DNA of 63,719 bases, filler included, from Reticulomyxa filosa (GCA_000512085.1; 26 parts of 26 records of this genome joined end to end with filler, not necessarily neighbours in it); one strand, 5' to 3'. Shown: positions 48,961-62,462, numbered from the whole stretch's first letter. Translations and numbers: made by a program. Notes: generated by a model not told the origin, from the letters alone.

Positions 48961-51095
48961 AGAATAGATTTAGAAAGAGAAAATTATGTCTTTATTGCTT
49001 GATTGTATCACAACATCAAATTGTTCTTTGAAAAATAATATTTAAGCAAAAATATATCTATTGAAATATACATTATTTTTTTGGATAAAACATTATTAAA
49101 TAATAATTATGATTTCTTAAAAGGGGTCAGTTCCAAATTTTTTTTTCTTTCTCTTTCATGTGAGTACTTTTCTAACAAATTACTGACAAATTATTTCAGA
49201 TCTTGACGAGGGAAAAGTGATGTTGACACCTTTCAGCTGTATTGACGAGTTATGCTGTTTTTTTTAACATTTGTCAACGACGTTAATAATTTTAATACAG
49301 TAATTGCCAGTATTACGTTTTTCTATGACAAAACATTGTAATCTGAAACAAGTGATTGAACTGACTGTTACAAAACTGAAAAAAGTTTTTAAATAATATT
49401 AATCCAAATAAAATGAAAGAAAATTAAGATTTTGTTTTAGTGACAAAAAAAGAATCGAATAATCCGCTAAACAAAAAAAACAACAATTTTTCAGATCACT
49501 TTTGAGCATATGTAATTTTGGCATTAGTTTCTCACAAAAAATATCAAAGACTTTAATTGTGGTATCCCCAAAATAAAAGCATTTTTAAAAATCATTCTAA
49601 TTTCTTTGTGTTCTCCCCACTACCGTACTTAGCCTTGTCAATCGAGACCAATTTGCCTGCTCGAAAAGCAATTTTGACAATATTTCAGAAAAGACAAAGT
49701 GTTTTAATGAAAATTTGATATCACGAAATACTTGTTAAATAACATAATTATGACTAACAACTTACTTCTGATCTTCAAGAAGAAAAGGTGACATTGATGC
49801 TAATTTTTTTGAATTTTGTAAGAGCTGTTGAAACAAAATAAAATAAAAATTTTTGAGCTCGTTTAATTGCACTACAACTACTTTCATAAGCAAATTTGTA
49901 ATTGTTATTTTGGACATCCAGAACGAAAAAGTCTCATTGTGTGAACTGTTTGTTAAATAATAACTCAAAATGATTTGTTATATAAATACAATATATTCTT
50001 TATCACTTTTGTTTCAATCATAGTTAAGAAACTTATTGCAAAGTAATTTATACAATAAAGTTTTATTTATTTATGACATTAAAAACAAAACAAGTATTGA
50101 CAAAATAATGTTGTTTCAAACAAGCTTTTAAACAAAAAAAGAACAAAGAAAATTTAATCATATAATTTGTTTATTTCTAAGTGGATTAGTTAAATCGACC
50201 ACGATAATTCCCATATCATATTGAATTTTAAATATTTTTTATGTTGTGCATGAATGTATATAATTATTTGCAATTTTCAATTTAGATATTGATTTTACTC
50301 ATTTCTCAATTGATAACATTCAACTCTTGAAAAGAAAACAGATATTGTAACATGATAATTTTACCTCAACATATGTAAAAACTATATTTCTTGAAAACAG
50401 TAATAAAAGGATTAACTGTTATTTATTTATTCAATTTTAAATATCTTTATATTTAAAATTCTTTAAGAAATATTATAAAAAGTGTTATGCATGTGATTAA
50501 AATTAGACATATAGTTAAATTTCAAAATTTAGTTTAACTCGTAGAAAAGTGCTTAATTGTTGCCCAAGTCAAGGGTATCTTATTTATATACATATATTTT
50601 TTTTTAAGATCATAATAATTGACAGCATAAAAAAAAGATTGAACATTTATACCATATTCATTTTACATTCATTACACTTTTTTTTTGAAATTCTGTACAA
50701 AATACTTTATTTGATCTTTCCAAAAAAAAATTGATGAATTTTTTATTGTATGGCGTCATTATTTTTATATCTGTGAACACATATATTGGACATGTACAAC
50801 AAACTCTCACTTTTGTTTGATCATTTTAAACATTTTCTTATTAATAAGTCACTTTTTCTTTAACGTGAATTCTTCCTGTAAATTGCAAAACATTTACTTC
50901 TTTCAATTTTTAGAAAAATTTGTCAGTCAATTTTCAAAGGCAAATTTTTTGTGTCACTCAGTGATAAGATTGTCAAAAACGAGGAGAGGATTTGTCGACG
51001 TCGTTGCGCTCCTTTTTTAAAAATTTATTTGCATCGTCTTATTTGACTCCTTTCCTCTTGCCCTTGCTTTGATAATTTTAGGATAATTGTAGAAG

Positions 51096-51386
51096 ATGAC
51101 TTCGCCTAATAACAATGCTCTTGCTCCAAAGTTGCATAAGAAAAGAACATTTGGCTCAGAGCTAACAAATCTGCTGAGGAAAACAGCGATTTCCGACCTC
51201 GACTCTCAAACGAACCTTTTCAGCGGCCCCCCTGAAAAACGGAAGAGAAGTTTTACCGAAGTTAGACTCTGCGACACGTGTAAAACGCATTAACTTGATG
51301 TTTCCTATAGTTGGCAAAAAAAAAAAAAAACTCGGACTTTTAGATAGAGCAACACCATTTTCTCTAATCTTGTTGCTAATGAAATA
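51096..51386 (+). CDS. Hypothetical protein, 5' fragment
   Basis: ATG-initiated GC-richer exon MTSPNNNALAPKLHKKRTFGSELTNLL...KRKRSFTE, followed by a GT-AG intron (about 51261-51310). Confidence 0.4.
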
Positions 51387-51486
51387 NNNNNNNNNNNNNN
51401 NNNNNNNNNNNNNNNNNNNNNNNNNNNNNNTTAATTAATTAANNNNNNNNNNNNNNNNNNNNNNNNNNNNNNNNNNNNNNNNNNNN

Positions 51487-51900
51487 TTCGAACAAGCCAA
51501 GTATCCAGATCGAATTCGCGTAGGCATTTTTCAGCAACACAACTACTCGGATACTGATTGCATGGACTTTGACAAAATCCTCGATTGCGACATGTTGCCA
51601 GATGATCCGTTGCATCCATTGTGCGGACGATCTTGGCAAATCAAAATTGATTGCATATCCTATGAACATGCCAAAGGTTCAATGTATGGACGGTATCGCG
51701 CAGAACAGTTTTATGCTGTCGAAGACTATGCCTTACAAATTGATACCCATTCGCTCTTTGTCACCGATTGGGACAATATTGCCATTGACATGTTCAAACG
51801 CAAACACAAAGATTTTGCTATCCCAAAGCCACGGGCAATGGCCTGGTGCAATGTAGACCCCCCCCTTTGTCAAAACCCGATGCCAGCATTGTCACCATTT
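51487..51900 (+). CDS. GT60-family (Skp1-hydroxyproline GlcNAc-transferase/Gnt1-like) glycosyltransferase fragment
   Basis: FEQAKYPDRIRVGIFQQ...DTDC...AKGSMYGRYRAEQFYAVEDYALQIDTHSLFVTDWD matches the GT60 pattern A..P.RI.VG..Q...A.GP..AR...Y..E.Y.LQIDSH..F...WD. Similarity fades after DMFK. Confidence 0.75.
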
Positions 51901-52378
51901 GCAAAACCAAACAATTATCCAATAAATGCATGTTCAAACACGGTGGAGGACATTACATTGACAATCTCGGAAAGAGCCTGTCTTGACCCCTTTTTTTGCT
52001 GCTGGTCTTTTAAATATGAATTTTTAAAAAAAAAAAAACGTAATTGATGTTGTAACTTTTATTTCATTTAAGACCTTGCAATCCTTCTTTTTTTCTTCCT
52101 CCCTTGTACTGCACCGGAGGTTCATATCTTTTTCAGGTCATTTGCTCGGTGCTATTGTTTGCAAATCACAAACATAATTACACTTTTTATGTTGTATAAA
52201 AAAAAATAAAAGAATGAAATGGCCATTTCTCTGAATATTCAACAATTGCAAAATGATCTTTCTCTGAAATTCTGTGTTATTGGCACAGAAACTAGTGTTC
52301 TTCAATGAGTCGTAGTCAAGGGGGAAAAAAAAAGGCGTAGGGTCGGTCATCGTAATAATAAAAAAGAATAAAAACGGA

Positions 52379-53460
52379 ATGTGTGACTCTGACAAATTAT
52401 TGAAACAATTGAATGAACTTGCAATGGAAAAGGTTGAAATGAGAGAGGAAGGAAGCGAGAAGGACAACGTAGGAGAGGAAGAGACGATGATTCTCGACAA
52501 CGGAGATGACGAAAACACTGTGAGGATGAGGGAATACGCGAACAGAGGAGATGACGATGACGACAACGAAGAGGAAGAGGAAGAGGAAGAAGAAAACGGA
52601 AAAGAAAGAAAAGGAAATTTGTGGTTGGAAATAAGCGAAGGAATAGACAGTGAAATGACGGATGACCCAAGCGAATCAGCAAACATGGAAATGTGCATAA
52701 ACGACAACGACAATGATAATGACAGCGATGAGGAGAACGAAAACGAAAATGAGAATGAGAATGAGGATGAAAAGAGCAATAAAAGCAAAGAGATAGTAAT
52801 ATCGATGGAAGGAATAGGATTGAATGAAAAAGGGGAATTGATGCCAGGTTTTGAAGAAGTGCAAGATAGTAAGTTATCGTTCAACAGTGAGTCAGACTTT
52901 GCTATATTTAACCGTCAAATCGTTAGTGAGGTTCCATTGCAAAAAGTTATTTTGGATACATTTTTGTAAAAATAAATAAATGAATAAATAAATAAATAAA
53001 TAAATATATATATATATTTATTTATTTATTCATTTATTTATTTTTACAAAAATGTAAAATTTTAAACAAAATAACAAAGTTGGTTGCAGTAAGGCGATTG
53101 GCCTCAGCTTGCGAACAGTTTGGAGACAAAGCAGCACTGTCGTTGTCCCCTCGCGTTTGTGAGGTTGGACGAGACAAGGAAATGATGATCCGACAGACAT
53201 GTGCGGAGCAATTAGGGGGTTACTGTCGATACTTGGTCACCTCCACCAACGATAGTGAGAACGTGCACCATCTGATCATTGATCAGCTGTTGCCACTGCT
53301 CCGCGAAATGCTCGCAGACGTGGTCGAAGTGCGTCAAGCAGCAAGCGTCTCTTTCCTCGCCATTGCCGAGCTGTTAACCAAGGAAGAAGCTTTCCGACAT
53401 ATCTTCCAACTGCTTTTGCGTATGGTCCGCGACGACACGGACGACCTGAAGATATTTATC
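52379..53460 (+). CDS. HEAT-repeat protein phosphatase regulatory subunit (PP4R1/PP2A-A-like), 5' part
   Basis: Acidic N-terminus, intron 52947-53079, then HEAT repeats DKEMMIRQTCAEQL, LLPLLREMLADVVEVRQAASVSFLAIAELL and LLRMVRDDTDDLKI. Confidence 0.7.
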
Positions 53461-53556
53461 TTACCTGTTTTGTTGTGTTGTTTTTTTTTTGAAGGAAAAA
53501 AAAAAAAAAAAAAAAAGATGAAGTAATAGAAAAGCAAAAAAAAAGTGAACGAATAC

Positions 53557-53593
<37 letters not shown>

Positions 53594-53598
53594 GTGTG

Positions 53599-53629
<31 letters not shown>

Positions 53630-53742
53630 TTGTTTTTTTTTTNNNNNNNNNNNNNNNNNNNNNNNNNNNNNNNNNNNNNNNNNNNNTTAATTAATTAANN
53701 NNNNNNNNNNNNNNNNNNNNNNNNNNNNNNNNNNNNNNNNNN

Positions 53743-53769
<27 letters not shown>

Positions 53770-53774
<5 letters not shown>

Positions 53775-55643
53775 AATATCCCAGGAAGCCAAGAAAATAT
53801 TTCGCGATTTGAAAAAGCAGGGCATTCAAGCCACACAAGGAACGTATGGTGCATATACCAATGCGATGGCAAGCAGCGAGGCGACAAACCTGTTGCAGTC
53901 GGGGACGTCGAGTAGCTCCGGGCGTAACTCGTTGGACCCACGCATTCGACACAATTCATTGTCTGGGGGACACTCCAAACAAAACTCACAAAGTCGCTCC
54001 GCTTTAGCGACGAGAAACAGTGGCCGAATGATCGCCACTGCCACCACATTCAATTCCATCGAAGAAGAAGAGTCACCTGCAACGACACTTCACACTACCT
54101 CACCACAAACTTTGCAAAGAAGAGCTTCTGAAAAAGCAGTTATTATACGTATATATTAAAGAGGACTTTGCTTTATTTATACGTATGTGTGTGTGTGTGT
54201 GTTGTTTTTTTTTTTTTTTCCTTTGATTGAAAACTATGTATACATATATATATATGTGTGTATACGTAAATGGTGATCCTTTTCGCCACACCAGCTGCCT
54301 TCCGGAGGCAATAATGAACCTACAGTGCTCATGTCTCGTGTGCTGAGTGAAGGTAATATCGAAATTGCGGATGAGAACCTGCAGACTAATGTGAACACAC
54401 AGAAAAGTGGCATAAAAGTACCCATAACTCCTGCGACTGAAGAGGAGAAAGCGAATTCGAAACGATTTTCACATGTGCGCTCGAAGCCAAACTACAAAGA
54501 CGCCAGCGATGACGACGCTAAAAGCACCGAGCCGAAAGCAATATCTAAAAAAACCACAAAAGTAGAAATGAGCGAAAATGATAAGACTGCCATCCTCATT
54601 GACTACTCTACTCTGCAAATTGATACTCGACAGCAATGTAAGTGTGGTAAAGTGTTATCTGACGCAGAAGTGATGGCAAGCTGGCCGGAGGAATACATCT
54701 CCACGACCATTTATTGCAAGGCTTGCAATATCAATTCGATGATTCCAACAATGCGTATCAAGTGCAATGCCACTGAAATGTCCTTGGAAAAACAGATTTA
54801 TCAACAAGTGGCTCTCGATTTCAAAATGACCTATTTGTCACCTTCGTATTTGAGACGATCCATGGAAAACATTATCAGCAAATATCGTCAACATTTGGAA
54901 GACAACGAAACCTTGCGCAGATTTCATCCCGACGAATACTGGAATCTTTTATGGTATTTCACACAACGAAAACTAGACTTGAATTGGTTTTATGAAGACC
55001 TCGATTCCAATAAACTCCACATCACATCCATTATCGACTCGGAATTGACCAAATTTCCAACTCATGATAATGTATATAAAAAAATATATATATATGTATG
55101 TGTATATGCTCTTGTTGTCTGTGATTTTTTTATACAAATAAATAAAAATAGGAGCTAAATAAGCAAATGGAAAGCATATTGGCTTATTTAAAATCCAAAG
55201 ATTTGAAGTCAGCAGCCACTCAATGGATAAAGTTTAGAGAGACAGTTCCAACAAACGAAAAAGGTCACTCGGTGTGGAATGTCTCTTTACCGGATGCTTT
55301 TTCCAATTTGGGTGCTCCATCACTGTTTGAAAAATTTGAAGATTACATTAGCGAATTTAGGAAAGTTTGTACTTCGTTACAACTGGTTAGGTTTATCCTT
55401 TTCCTTTCCATCAATCTTTAAGGATTGCTACTTTTATTGTAATTGTTTGTGCTTGTTGTATTTTTGTCACAATTCAAATCCGTTGACGTACTCTTGGGGA
55501 AAAAAAAACAGGCAAGCAAGGATTGCCCTCCGGAGAAAAATGCTGTTAAATATGAAATTATTTTTAATCACATGAAGCCATTGTTTCCGCGAATTCAAAA
55601 ATATCAAATCAATGCCGCTCGCATCAAAAGTGATAATTTTTGA
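53770..55643 (+). CDS. DENND4/Crag-like Rab GEF, C-terminal half
   Basis: PPR-like AKKIFRDLKKQGIQATQGTYGAYTNAM, then CKCGKVLSDAEVMASW...CKAC and YLSPSYLRRSMENII...HPDEYWNLLWYF, collinear with the DENND4 C-terminal motifs (DEEIMAGW...CPFC, YLSPLV, HPIxFWNLVWYF). Confidence 0.75.
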
Positions 55644-56138
55644 GGTGATTAACCACAAAATTGGTGTTGAGATGGGACTCCAAAATACAAAGAGGAGAGT
55701 GCATTTGATTTGTTGTTGTCGTGTGTATTATGTGAAAATAAGGAAAGATGCTTTTCTTTTTAAAAAAAGACCAAAGTGTTGGTTGAAAGATGTTTGTTTT
55801 AGGAATTTTTTAGAATGAATGCATTTTGTACATGGCGTAAGAAACAATTCAGAAAGTTGAAAAAAAGAAATCCCTTGTGTTTTAAACGGTTTGCAACTGG
55901 GCCACAAATAGTATTCTAAATAAAGACTTTAATGACAGCGAAAAAGAAATTGGCGCATCTCACAAACATCGTAATATTTGGACGTACAAACCTTTGGCTG
56001 CTTTTGCAACTGTTTCTCTTAGTATCATATGGCCTCAATTAATACTTTTGTTCAAAAACTAGAATGATGGCATCCACTGCTGCAAGTTTTTAAGTTTAAA
56101 TTTACTGAGACAGCTTAAAAGATTTTTTAGCTATTGGG

Positions 56139-57736
56139 CTAATTTGAGCGAAACACACTTTGATCACAATAGTCTTGAATGTCATTTTCCAAAGTCTTAT
56201 TGTCAAACCATTGTGTGCTAGTGGTATCATTGCTTAAAGCAGATTTGACAATATCTGCATTTAAATCTTGCAAATTGTTTCTGTTGGAGTTTCTTATATG
56301 CATTTGCATTTGTTCAGTGGTGAGTTGTTTCAGACCCCGATGTAAGTCCTCATAAGATTTGCTTACTTGAAATTTTGTATTAATGTCGGTTTTACACCAG
56401 TATTTGCGACCAGTCAACATTTTGATACAAACGTATTTCGTATTTCCAAATCGATTGCCATACTTTTCAGCTATTTCCACATATTCTCTCATCACCTCAC
56501 ATAATGGTACCATTCCCCCTTTTTCAGGAGATCGGAATATTGAAGGATTCCATTGAGCTCCCCGAGCAATCATTACCGAATGACAGCCAGTCATTTTTTT
56601 GGCAACTTCAATATCCTTTTTTTTGATGTTATATAATTTAAAGTAAAAGAATTAGCAAAGGAAGGAATAACATTGAAGGAATTTTCTGAAGAAATTTCCA
56701 CAGAAAATGCTAAAGAACGAGAGGAACAAGGAAAGAAGGCAAGTCAAAGAGAGTATTGACTTGATTTGATAATATTGCATGTAAAGTCAAAGGTGTGTGA
56801 AAACAAAACTTGATAAGAAAAAACGTCGCCATTGTAAATGACCGGTATGGTTAACTTGTCAACAATGGTCTTGATCAAGCCAACACGAGCAGGGATTCTG
56901 GGACGATCGGCAGTGTATCTGGCATGAATGGTTAAGGCATTTACGCCAGTATTTTCAATCATTTGACACAATTCCAATGTTTTTTTTTCATCTTCCAGCA
57001 ATCGGACTTTTGCAGTGATTGTCAACTGTGATCCAAAATTCCGTACCAATGCTGTCAAAATATCCTTCACAAGTTCGGGTTTTTGCAACAACGCAGCGCC
57101 CATCCTTTGCATTTTAACAACAACAACTCTCTCGCTTGCACGTTATTTTTTTTTTAAATAAACCCCCCTTTTTTTTTTTGAAGTTCAGCTCTTCAAAAAA
57201 AAAAAACAAAAAACATACATGCACATATATATGTATACGTATACATGGTGTGATGCATACCCTCCATGAACAGAAAAACTCTTTGGACAACCCATGTTCA
57301 AGTCAAATCCTTTGACATCGTTGGCCACGACTTGAGCTGCTTTGACACAACGATTGGCATTGTTAGTTCCTATTTGAAATACAATTGGCTCGTTCTCGAA
57401 TGTCCGGAACAATGGCTCTTTCTGCTCTTCTTTTGTAAAAAAGTCCACGCATTTCAACTCTTTGTTTTCTTTACGCTTCAATGTTATCACTTTGTGATCT
57501 ATCAACTCTTCGTTGAATACTATATCTGCTCCATACTTCAACGCCAATAAACGCATTGGATATGTACTCACTCGCACCATTGGCGCCAATATCGCTTTGT
57601 TCCGAAAATCGGTCCATTTCCCTGGCGTGTCTACTTTTGCTTCCACATTCTGACAATAGCTTGAGCCATCCAACAATTTTTGTTTTTTAGTGCAAACGAC
57701 ATCGTCAGTTGGAGAATCAGGACATTGGCGTTTCAT
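56139..57736 (-). CDS. DUS2: tRNA-dihydrouridine synthase 2-like, 3 exons
   Basis: NKAILAPMVRVSTYPMRLLALKYGADIVFNEELID, FQIGT, DLNMGCPKSFS.GG|MGAALL, ALTIHAR, IPVIYNG and TGCHSVMIARGAQWNPSIF. Confidence 0.9.
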
Positions 57737-58034
57737 GTGATTATGAATAATTTAGCTTATTCCACCCTCTTTGAATTTTTCCATTTCAGACATTTCTCCC
57801 TTTGTAAACCCAATTTTAAAAAAATCTTTCATGATTTATGCCGAATGTGTTGGTGAGCAAAACCAAAGGCCGTTTTTTCGTTTACGTGAAAGAACACAAA
57901 AGTCAAGAGACAAAAAGCAAATATGAAATTGAGGTGAGAAAATTCAAGAAAATTGATTCGTTTTTTTTTGAATTAATGTTTACCTTGTGATCTGAAACAA
58001 TAACACAAAGAAAAAAAAAAAAAATTTTCAAGCC

Positions 58035-59257
58035 ATGTCACTTGCAGAAAAAACTGTAGTGAATGGCGGTATATCAGCGGATCGGGGCAATGAGACAAAC
58101 TCCACGTCGTTGCAACAGCTGCAACCAGCAACACCGGTGATGTTATCATCAATTCCGCACTTGAATAAAGCTCGTTCGATGCACATCCGTTCAAGTGGAT
58201 CAAATTCCAAATCACCCTCGGTGAACACACCAAACACAAGTTATACAATAGCGGCGGTGGACAACAGCATGACAAACACACCAAACCAGTCACTGCAGTT
58301 CCACTACTTCAATAGTCCATCGGGACAAGGCACTATGCATATTGGCAACCGAGTGAAGCAGATGACAAAGACATCCGAGTATCAAGACTACGAGAGTCCG
58401 ACAACGCAAACGCGAACGCGTACGAACAATATGGCGAACGCCGAGATAGTAGCGTACAGTAGTCCATATGCGCTGCAAGACGATCGAAACAAGCACAATA
58501 ATAGGATGAGTATGATCATGACACCACATGGTATCAGCGACAACAACAACAATCATAATAATAACGTGGACAATACTTCCATTGCATCGACAGACCCTAC
58601 AACGAATAGTCATCGCATTCGAAGTCATGAGCCCAATGAAGTTATGGTTAATCACTATGAACTACAATCGCAATCGCAATCGCAATCACAATCACAATCA
58701 CAATCGCAATCGCAATCACAATCACAATCACAATCACAGTCACAACCACAACCACAATCACTACCACAACAACAATATCAAATGGACAAATATCGCAATA
58801 AACAAAATATCGACCAATCGTCTTTCCGAAAAAAAGCGACACAACCCATGTTCAAAGCCAAAGTGGCAACTGGCAATCAATTGCTTGATACAGATGTGAC
58901 GATGAAAGAGAGGACCTCCGCTGCGACAAGTGCGACGACAATGATGACATGGTAAGAGATGACAGGTCAGGAAACAGGAGAGACAGAAAAGAAATGGAAT
59001 CCACATACCCATTGCATCCAAGTCCGAATAGTCGAAACGATGCGGATGCATCGGGAGGAAAAAAGAATCGACAACCACGGGGGACAATGGATGATGCACC
59101 TAGTGTCCCACCTCAACAATATGTCCTCGCAGAGGTATCTTCTATTCCGTTCTCCACTGCACATGTGCACGATGATGCAATGCATGTCTCTTCCCGCGAG
59201 CGTGTTCTGGTGTCGCGAGAATGGACAAACAATAGCATAAGAACTGGTTTTTTTGAC

Positions 59258-59318
<61 letters not shown>

Positions 59319-59890
59319 TACTATTGCCATCGCTCGCAATGCCAAAAAATAGAGTGACAAATGATATAACAATGCCAACAAAGATCACACCTACTACGCA
59401 TCCACCGTGGTCAAATGAAGAGGTTGCCACCAACAAAATTCAAACTCAAAGTCAAATGCAAACTCCAACACAACCTCCAACGCAGTTTCAAAAAAAAGGA
59501 CAAGTGAGACACGACGAAGGCAGGGCAGAAGACATGGCCGTGACGCAACGGGCCAAAGCAAGTGACAACGACTCCCTGTTCATCACTTCTCCGAACGTCG
59601 CGACGCCCACAGTGGAAACGCGTTTGTTACAAACACCACAACACATAATCAACGGCGATGACAGCGACAATATTTTGGGCGACGCTACGCGGGAAAATAT
59701 ACACTTTCGTGGGGGGAACGGCGAAGACAATGTGCAACAAAAAAAATACCCAAACACTACAAAAAAAGCAAATCCGCAAAAAAACTAAAACCCAAAAGCA
59801 AAACCAATCCACCCTTCCAAACAAGTGCTTTCTTCCTTCAATAAAGCTCGAAAGAAAAAAGGCTCTCCAGACAATCAGCAAAGAAGTTGA
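58035..59890 (+). CDS. Hypothetical long low-complexity protein ((SQ)n, poly-N)
   Basis: Long ORFs 58035-58955 and 58949-59788 lie in different frames (an intron or indel near 58890-58950). No domain recognised. Confidence 0.45.
59258..59317 (+). repeat. (AAT)20 microsatellite encoding poly-Asn
   Basis: Perfect trinucleotide run. Other coding SSRs: (GTT)n at about 5851-5883, (CAR)n poly-Q at about 42441-42509, (CAATCR)n at about 58666-58760, (GAA)n at about 61768-61803. Confidence 0.9.
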
Positions 59891-60028
59891 TGCGAAAAAA
59901 CAAACATGTATAACAACTCTATTCAAAAAAAAAATAAAACACATATATATATGTATACATATATATGTATACATATATATGTATATATATATAAGCTTTC
60001 TAGTTATCCTCGAATATGAAGCCTTAAC

Positions 60029-60760
60029 AAGTGTACTTCCATTGAAAGGGGAAAATCAATGCTCGAATAGCCTCGGCGACCGGTGTGATGATATGATAAT
60101 GTTTGGACACCAACACGATCCTTCGTTCCATGAGCACCAGCCCCACCAGCGTAATGACATCGTCGATGGCCAGACACCGGAACAGAATTTCCAAAGAGAA
60201 GTTCAGCGTCGGCAATTCATGTCTATGCGACAAGCAGAACTTGACGCGTTTCAATCCCAAGCGACAGATGACCCCGGGATGTCCGGGCAGTGGCAATGGT
60301 ACATTGTGCATGAAATGGCTGATGTATCTTTCCAGCGGTACACTGTTGGCAGGGGAGCAAGACACCCGATATATGTGGTTTAGGAATATTAAGAAGCCAT
60401 TATAAAAGGGGTAATGCGATAGCACGCACAAAGCTTTTGGAATGTACACCGTTTCATATTCGGGAGATATCACATTTTTCATTGCTTTGAATTTTTTTTT
60501 TTTTTTTTTTAATAAATATATATATATATATATATATACATATATGTATATATATTTATTTAAAAAAAAAAAGATCCAAACCAGCAGTTCTAGGATGCTC
60601 TTCATAAAAAATAATGCATGCTCCGTACATGCGATCGTTTTGGTCATTGCTGAGAACAAATGTGTGCTGCTTGGATGTGTAGATGTCCAAAGGAATCGGC
60701 TTTGCTGCTTCGGGCAGCTTCCCACTCGATGACAACAATGACAGCGACGAGCCATTCGAT
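60029..60760 (-). CDS. DENN-domain Rab GEF (DENND4-like uDENN/cDENN), fragment
   Basis: HTFVLSNDQNDRMYGACIIFYE|...YIPKALCVLSHYPFYNGF...PLERYISHFMHNVPLPLPG...LFRCLAIDDVITLVGLVLMERRIVLVS...AEAIRALIFPFQW. Confidence 0.88.
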
Positions 60761-60972
60761 TGTCTCTCTGTCGCAGATACTTTCGAAAGTTCTTGACTGG
60801 TGAAACATATTTCATTTTTTATGTATGCGTGTGCGTGTATGTATGTGCGAATAAGCAGTTTGCACCTCCCCCNNNNNNNNNNNNNNNNNNNNNNNNNNNN
60901 NNNNNNNNNNNNNNNNTTAATTAATTAANNNNNNNNNNNNNNNNNNNNNNNNNNNNNNNNNNNNNNNNNNNN

Positions 60973-61009
<37 letters not shown>

Positions 61010-61023
61010 AACAAGACAAACCT

Positions 61024-62368
61024 GTGTTGACAACGTTGAGTGGTGAGCAAGACCAAAAACTGACCTCAAGAGAAATGAAAATGACAAAACAGAAAAAAAA
61101 AACAAAAAAGAAAGGTGCCTCGCTGTGGCCACCTGCTGGACCTTTTTACCCTTATCCCTATTATTATTGGCCACCGTCGCACCACTCGTATTACAGTTCA
61201 CGTGTTCACGATAGAAACGGAGAACAGGAGCAACAGCTCAAAAAGAAGAAGTGGAGCACCATACGACAACCCATGGGATATCCTTTGGCTCCACCAATGC
61301 CTTATATGTATTGGTTGGATGAAAGTTTTATAGAAAATGAAGAGCAGCCAGACTATGGCCGGTCAAAGTCAAGGAAATCGCAGAAAGTGAAAAGAGATGA
61401 TCCTGATGTGTCCGAAACTGTTTGTTTGGTTGTTCGTTTTTTTTTTTTTTTTTTGAAAAACACACATAAATACAAAGCAAAGACAATCCTTGAATTGTGT
61501 GTACTTTTTGAAATGTTGTTTATCCAGCCTGGAAGCGAACACAAGGACGCAAAGATAGACGAGGCGATCGAAGACAGATATGACAAGTTTGTAAGCAGTC
61601 ATTTTTCCATGAACAACGAGATATCTTTGCTGCCATCAGGACAGCCTCACACTCTGAGCCACGCAGTCGCGATGAATCGCGACGCACGAAAAGAGAGCAA
61701 AGACAGTGAAAAGAACGAGGCACGAGGAAGTAATGAGGCAAGAAAAGGATCGATCACGCAAGCAACAGAAGAAGAAGAAGAAGAAGAAGAAGAAGAAGAA
61801 GAAGACGAAGAAGATGATGATGAAAATGAAAATGAAGAACAAGAAAATGAAGAAGAAGAAAATGAGGAAGATGAGGAAGATGAAGAAGAAATGCACAGTC
61901 ATCATGATGATGAAGACGAACAAAAACGATCGTTGCTCCACTCGGAACAAAGACATGTGACAGTGCAACAAGGTGAAGTAGTGGCAGACATGGACGACAA
62001 CGAGCACAAAGAGGTCAAACGCAACCGCATCAAGTCGCCATCTCCTGGAGTGGTGCATATCCCTCCTCTGCAGATGTCCGTGCCCTCGAGCGATGACATG
62101 TGGTCCAGTCCCCCACAGCACTTGCTGGTGTTGGTGCCGACGCTGCTGGAAATGAACACCATCAAGTCTGCGCTGTTCTCTCAATACTGCGAGTCAGCTC
62201 CGATGTATGTGTTCAGTGAGAAATCCCAAATCCATGGACTTGTGGTCCACAACAATAGTGGTTCCAATGTTGGGGAAGAGTACCGCGCTTACATCGTGCC
62301 CTGTGGACAAGGTCTGATTAACGTCACTTGTGCCGTACAAGCCGTAGTCGATAAATGTCCTGTCGATG
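61024..62368 (+). CDS. Acidic/low-complexity protein ending in the start of a nucleoside phosphorylase (PNP/UDP, MTA/SAH nucleosidase)-like domain; partial
   Basis: LLVLVPTLLEMNTIKSAL...RAYIVPCGQGLINVTCAVQAVVDKCPVDG resembles the hhhhxAxxxE...hhhxxGIGxVxAA......xPDx start of the PNP_UDP_1 fold. Intron at about 61423-61528. Confidence 0.5.
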
Positions 62369-62422
62369 GTATGCAAAGTAACAAAACCACGAGGAGATGG
62401 AGAAAAAAAAAAGGGGGTAGAG

Positions 62423-62462
<40 letters not shown>

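Noticed and set aside
51141-51170. RTFGSELTN as a cyclin destruction box
   Set aside because: It lacks the RxxL core, and the fragment is too short to assign.
59658-60383. 241-aa plus-strand ORF
   Set aside because: It is largely antisense to the DENN exon and reads through a TA-microsatellite intron, with no independent motif.
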